Source: Calditrichaceae bacterium (GTDB lineage Bacteria > Calditrichota > Calditrichia > Calditrichales > JBFXGD01). Taken from it: DNA of 11,265 nt. Position 1 is the stretch's first letter; the number at the start of each line of letters is the position of its first letter. A program made the translations under genes and the position numbers. Positions 7,826 to 11,265 of the stretch are shown in pieces. Under the pieces are notes generated by a model. It did not search any database. It had not been told where the DNA came from and saw nothing but the letters and a program-made list of their open reading frames with translations. The stretch is taken from the NCBI GenBank assembly GCA_050178385.1, contig JBFXGD010000115.1:1-11265 (forward strand), read 5' to 3'.

Positions 7826-8003
7826 AGATGTCTCTGATTTGGATACATTCACCATTGAGAAAAGATCCTTTTATATTTGCCATTTCAATTCAGATGCAGC
7901 TATGTTCAAAAGACCTTTTTAATTTTAAACGGATTAGATTGCAGGACGCATACAAGTGTTTATTTTTTTAGTATAACATAAATCAGAAAGAAATTCTTGG
8001 GAT

Positions 8004-9146
8004 ATGGAAACTAAAGAACCGCATATTTTACTTATTGAAGACGAACCGGATGTTCGGGAAAGTTATATCAGTATGCTTGATATGCTCGGCTACAATGCTG
8101 ATACTGCAGAAAACGGCATGGAAGGCCTGCAGAAAGTGATGAGTAATAATTATGATATCGTTATAACTGATTTGAATATGCCCGTTATGAATGGGCTTGA
8201 GACCCTCATGCGAATCAAGAAGAAAGCGCCGCAAATCGAAGTGATTGTTATGACGGGATACGCGACTATTGATAACGCGATCAGCGCAATGAAGCAAGGG
8301 GCTTTTGATTATATCACCAAGCCTGTATCGATCGAACATGTAAAAATTGTTTTAAGCAAATGTCATCAGCAAATTGAAGCTCATCGCGAAAACAAAAAAT
8401 TGAGGGATTTGAATACACGGCTGAGCGAATTGAATGAGCTCAAGGACAAATTTATTACTATCACGACTCATGAGATAAGAACACCGCTGGCAGTATTGAA
8501 AGGTTATTATGAGCTGATTGATTTGCAGATCGACAGAAAGGCAGATCCTGAATTAGATGAGTATATGGAAATCATGTCCGGGACAATCCAGGAAATGATT
8601 GAAATGCTTGATAGTATGCATGATTTGTCAAATTTTGACAAAGCCATCAGGGAATATAAAAACAGCGAATTTGATGTAAATAAGATACTGGAATCCGTGT
8701 ACAAAGAATTTAAGGTATTATTCGACCAGCGAAATATCTCCTTTTATTTAAGTCCTGAAAATGAATCGGCGATTGTAAATGCCGACCCGGCTTTATTAAA
8801 AAGAGCGATCAGGGAATTGACTCAAAACGCTCTTAAATTTACGGATAAAGAGGGCACGGTTACTCTTCATTTGAAAAAAATTCCACTAAAAAACAAAGTA
8901 TTTCTAATGGTAGAAGATACCGGAATCGGTATTCCGGCTCACAAAATTGATCTGATTTTTGAACCATTCTATGAAGTCCAGGATGTGATGTACCACTCCA
9001 GTTCCAAAACCGGATTTATGGGGGGCGGGATCGGGGTCGGTCTTTCACTGGTCAGGGAAATTTTAAACACCTGCGCCGGGGAAATCGCAGTCGAGAGTTC
9101 GCCTGGAAAGGGGAGTACCTTTACAATAATTCTGCCTTTGTCATAA
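8004..9146 (+). CDS. Cytoplasmic hybrid histidine kinase / response regulator (REC-HisKA-HATPase_c)
   Basis: Receiver: 'LLIEDE', phospho-Asp D56 in 'ITDLNMP', 'MTG', 'TKP'. H-box 'THEIRTPL' (H156); N-box 'ELTQNALKF'; G1 'DTGIGI'; F-box 'FEPF'; G2 'GGGIGVGL'; 'GKGSTF'. No hydrophobic TM segment or sensor domain. Confidence 0.95.
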   Translation: METKEPHILLIEDEPDVRESYISMLDMLGYNADTAENGMEGLQKVMSNNYDIVITDLNMPVMNGLETLMRIKKKAPQIEVIVMTGYATIDNAISAMKQGAFDYITKPVSIEHVKIVLSKCHQQIEAHRENKKLRDLNTRLSELNELKDKFITITTHEIRTPLAVLKGYYELIDLQIDRKADPELDEYMEIMSGTIQEMIEMLDSMHDLSNFDKAIREYKNSEFDVNKILESVYKEFKVLFDQRNISFYLSPENESAIVNADPALLKRAIRELTQNALKFTDKEGTVTLHLKKIPLKNKVFLMVEDTGIGIPAHKIDLIFEPFYEVQDVMYHSSSKTGFMGGGIGVGLSLVREILNTCAGEIAVESSPGKGSTFTIILPLS

Positions 9147-9162
9147 TCAATCAGAGATTTAA

Positions 9163-9206
9163 AAATAAAAAAGGGACTGCTGTTAACCGCAGTCCCTTTT
9201 TTATTT
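9163..9206. terminator. Bidirectional intrinsic terminator between the convergent kinase and PfkB genes
   Basis: Perfect 18-bp inverted repeat AAATAAAAAAGGGACTGC-(TGTTAACC)-GCAGTCCCTTTTTTATTT, overlapping the PfkB stop codon by 2 nt. Confidence 0.92.
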
Positions 9207-10104
9207 AAAAACGGGTCAACGATTCAAACTCGCCATATCTGTAATCCAGCTGCTCCTGTGTCAGACTTATCAGGCTTTTAAAGCTGAAATCTTCCACATT
9301 GTATGAGGCAATTGAACTTCCGTAGATAAGCGCCTTTCTTAGTGTCTCATCGGAATGATTGCCGCTTTTGGCAATGTACCCCAAAAACCCACCGGCAAAT
9401 GAGTCACCGGCTCCGGTCGGATCGATTACTTTTTCAATCGGATAGGCGGGAGTGAAGAAAAATTTATCATCATTATAAAGAAGAGCTCCGTGTTCACCCT
9501 TTTTAATAACCAATGTTTTTGGGCCCATATCTTTAATTTTACGGACCGCCTTTATGAGATTCAGCTCATCTGTCAGTTCGCGGGTTTCTTCGTCATTGAG
9601 AATAATGATGTCGCATTTTTTTATGACTTCTTCAAGAATTTTCCTTTTACCGCTTATCCAGAAATTCATGGTATCGAGCACAACTAATTTTGGTTTGTTA
9701 ATTTGTTCAAGAACCTGATATTGAAGCTCCGGATCAATATTGGCCAGGAAAACATATTCCGCGTCTTTGTACTGTGCCGGAATTCTCGGCTGGAAATCTT
9801 CGAAAACATTCAGATAAGTGTATAATGTATCGCGCCGGTTCATGTCCTGATGATAACGTCCGCCCCATCTGAAGGTTTCTCCGCTTTCAACATAGAGACC
9901 TTCAAAATTGACGTTTCTTTTTTTTAGAAATGATATGCGGGACATGTCAAAATCGGATCCCACAACACCGACCACGTTGACATTACTGAAGAAACTGGCG
10001 GCCGCGCTGAAATAGAGTGCGGATCCTCCAAGGGAATCATTAGCGGTCCCGTGAGGCGTCTCTACAGTATCAAAGGCGATGGAGCCGACAACTAATATAC
10101 TCAT
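9205..10104 (-). CDS. PfkB/ribokinase-family carbohydrate or nucleoside kinase
   Basis: 'VVGSIAFD', 'LGGSA', 'GVVGSDF', 'NDEE', 'KKGEHGA' and the PfkB signature 'DPTGAGDSFAGG'. RBS AGGAG; starts 14 nt after the argS stop. Confidence 0.93.
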   Translation of the reverse strand: MSILVVGSIAFDTVETPHGTANDSLGGSALYFSAAASFFSNVNVVGVVGSDFDMSRISFLKKRNVNFEGLYVESGETFRWGGRYHQDMNRRDTLYTYLNVFEDFQPRIPAQYKDAEYVFLANIDPELQYQVLEQINKPKLVVLDTMNFWISGKRKILEEVIKKCDIIILNDEETRELTDELNLIKAVRKIKDMGPKTLVIKKGEHGALLYNDDKFFFTPAYPIEKVIDPTGAGDSFAGGFLGYIAKSGNHSDETLRKALIYGSSIASYNVEDFSFKSLISLTQEQLDYRYGEFESLTRF

Positions 10105-10118
10105 TTTTTCTCCTGATT

Positions 10119-11265
10119 TTACATGCGGACCGGAGCGGATATTCCAAGTTTCTCCAATCCATTGGCAATAACAATTCTTGTGGCATCTATCAGCGCTAAC
10201 CTCGCGACAGTTAGTTTGGATTCATCTGTAATAACTCTGCAGACGGTATAAAATTTGTGAAAAAGGGTAGCGAGTTCAAAGAGATAATTTGCCATTCTGT
10301 GAGGTTCGTAGTTCACTGCGCTGGCTTCAAGAACAACAGGATAATCTATAAGATGCTTGATCAGATTGATCTCTTCCGCGGCGCTCAGTAAAGCCAGATT
10401 TGCTTTTTTGTCCAATTCAATGTTTTTGGATTCACCGAGTGCGATAATACTGCAGATCCGGGCGTGGGCATATTGGATATAATAAACCGGATTTTCATCC
10501 GACTGTGTTTTTGCAAGCGAAAGATCGAAATTTAAATGTGAGTTCATGTGTCTCATGATAAAGAAGTATCGTGTGACATCCGCGCCGACTTCATCGAGCA
10601 GCTCATCCAGCGTAACAAAATTCGCTTTCCGGGTGGACATCTTCACTTTCTCGCCATTTTCGGTGAGGGTGACGAATTGATGAATGAGAACATGGACCTT
10701 TTTTGTATCATAACCCAGCGCGTCCAGCGCAGCCAGCACGTCGGGATAAGTCGCGATATGATCAGCGCCGAATATATCGATTATATTATCGAATCCGCGC
10801 TTATATTTTTCGACATGATATGCCATATCAGGCAGACGGTAGGTTGGTTCTCCGGTGTTTTTGATGATAACCCTGTCCTGGTCAAAACCCAGTTTTGTAG
10901 TCAAAAACCAGGTTGCTCCCTCTCTCTCTGCCACGAGTTCTTTTTCTTTTAATCCCTGAATGGTTGAGTCGATTTTGCCGTCATCATAAAGTGATTGCTC
11001 ATTGTAAAACATATCGAACTCAAAACCAAGGCGTTTAATTGTCTTTTTGATATCGCCAAAAATGCTTTGTTCAGCCCGGTCCTTAAAAATGGAGCTGTCT
11101 GCTTTGTCTTTAAGCGAATCACCGTATTCGTTCTGAATCTCGCGGGCAATTTCAATGATGTATTCACCCTGATAATGGTCTTCAGGAAATTCAATATCCA
11201 AACCGATTAGTTCCAGATACCTCTGGCGCACTGAATTTCCAAGTACGCGCATCTGCCGGCCGGCG
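10119..11265 (-). CDS. argS: Arginine--tRNA ligase, 5'-truncated by the window edge
   Basis: Frame is open to the edge (AGRQ-MRVLG). 'TYRLPDMAYH', 'GADH', KMSKS-like 'KMSTRK', 'NPVYYIQYAHARICSI' (DALR anticodon-binding domain) and the C-terminal 'LGISAPVRM'. Confidence 0.98.
   Translation of the reverse strand, partial: AGRQMRVLGNSVRQRYLELIGLDIEFPEDHYQGEYIIEIAREIQNEYGDSLKDKADSSIFKDRAEQSIFGDIKKTIKRLGFEFDMFYNEQSLYDDGKIDSTIQGLKEKELVAEREGATWFLTTKLGFDQDRVIIKNTGEPTYRLPDMAYHVEKYKRGFDNIIDIFGADHIATYPDVLAALDALGYDTKKVHVLIHQFVTLTENGEKVKMSTRKANFVTLDELLDEVGADVTRYFFIMRHMNSHLNFDLSLAKTQSDENPVYYIQYAHARICSIIALGESKNIELDKKANLALLSAAEEINLIKHLIDYPVVLEASAVNYEPHRMANYLFELATLFHKFYTVCRVITDESKLTVARLALIDATRIVIANGLEKLGISAPVRM

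Noticed and set aside
7580..8003. Small ORF as a frameshifted N-terminus of the kinase or the front of a broken kinase gene
   Set aside because: The kinase is complete with its own DHp, and I see no HATPase remnants in 7826-8003. A remnant origin is not fully excluded without homologue data.
9179..9188. GCTGTTAACC in the terminator loop is identical to the tRNA-Asn anticodon loop region (tRNA mimic?)
   Set aside because: A post hoc 10-nt match; the register gives an 8-nt loop rather than a 7-nt anticodon loop, and the hairpin is fully explained as a terminator.
684..11210. Remaining short ORFs in the track nested in or antisense to major genes (e.g. 684-872, 2048-3323 set, 4306-4536, 6336-6678, 8028-8704, 9490-9687, 10548-11210)
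   Set aside because: Shadow frames of well-supported genes with no motifs or translation signals.

Overview
Bacterial chromosomal window with diderm hallmarks (TonB-dependent receptor, lipoprotein); an FCB-group/Calditrichota-like origin is only a guess. Gene order: 3' end of an NAD(P)-binding epimerase/TIP30-like protein (+), DUF3124-type lipoprotein (-), stand-alone Oar-like TonB-dependent receptor with a ~330 nt leader (+), HAD phosphatase (-), tRNA-Asn(GUU) with its own promoter and terminator (-), AmmeMemoRadiSam radical SAM enzyme without its usual partner genes (-), a divergent two-gene signalling module (+), and a convergent argS-PfkB kinase operon (-; argS cut by the window edge). 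No mobile element, integrase or CRISPR array is seen. The best novelty candidate is the signalling module. An 81-aa ORF (7580-7825) reads as a stand-alone HisKA/DHp helical hairpin with Glu at the phospho-His position. It lies directly upstream of a sensorless REC-HisKA-HATPase hybrid kinase. Both genes are preceded by the same 13-nt motif, which forms part of a perfect 12-bp inverted repeat before the first gene.
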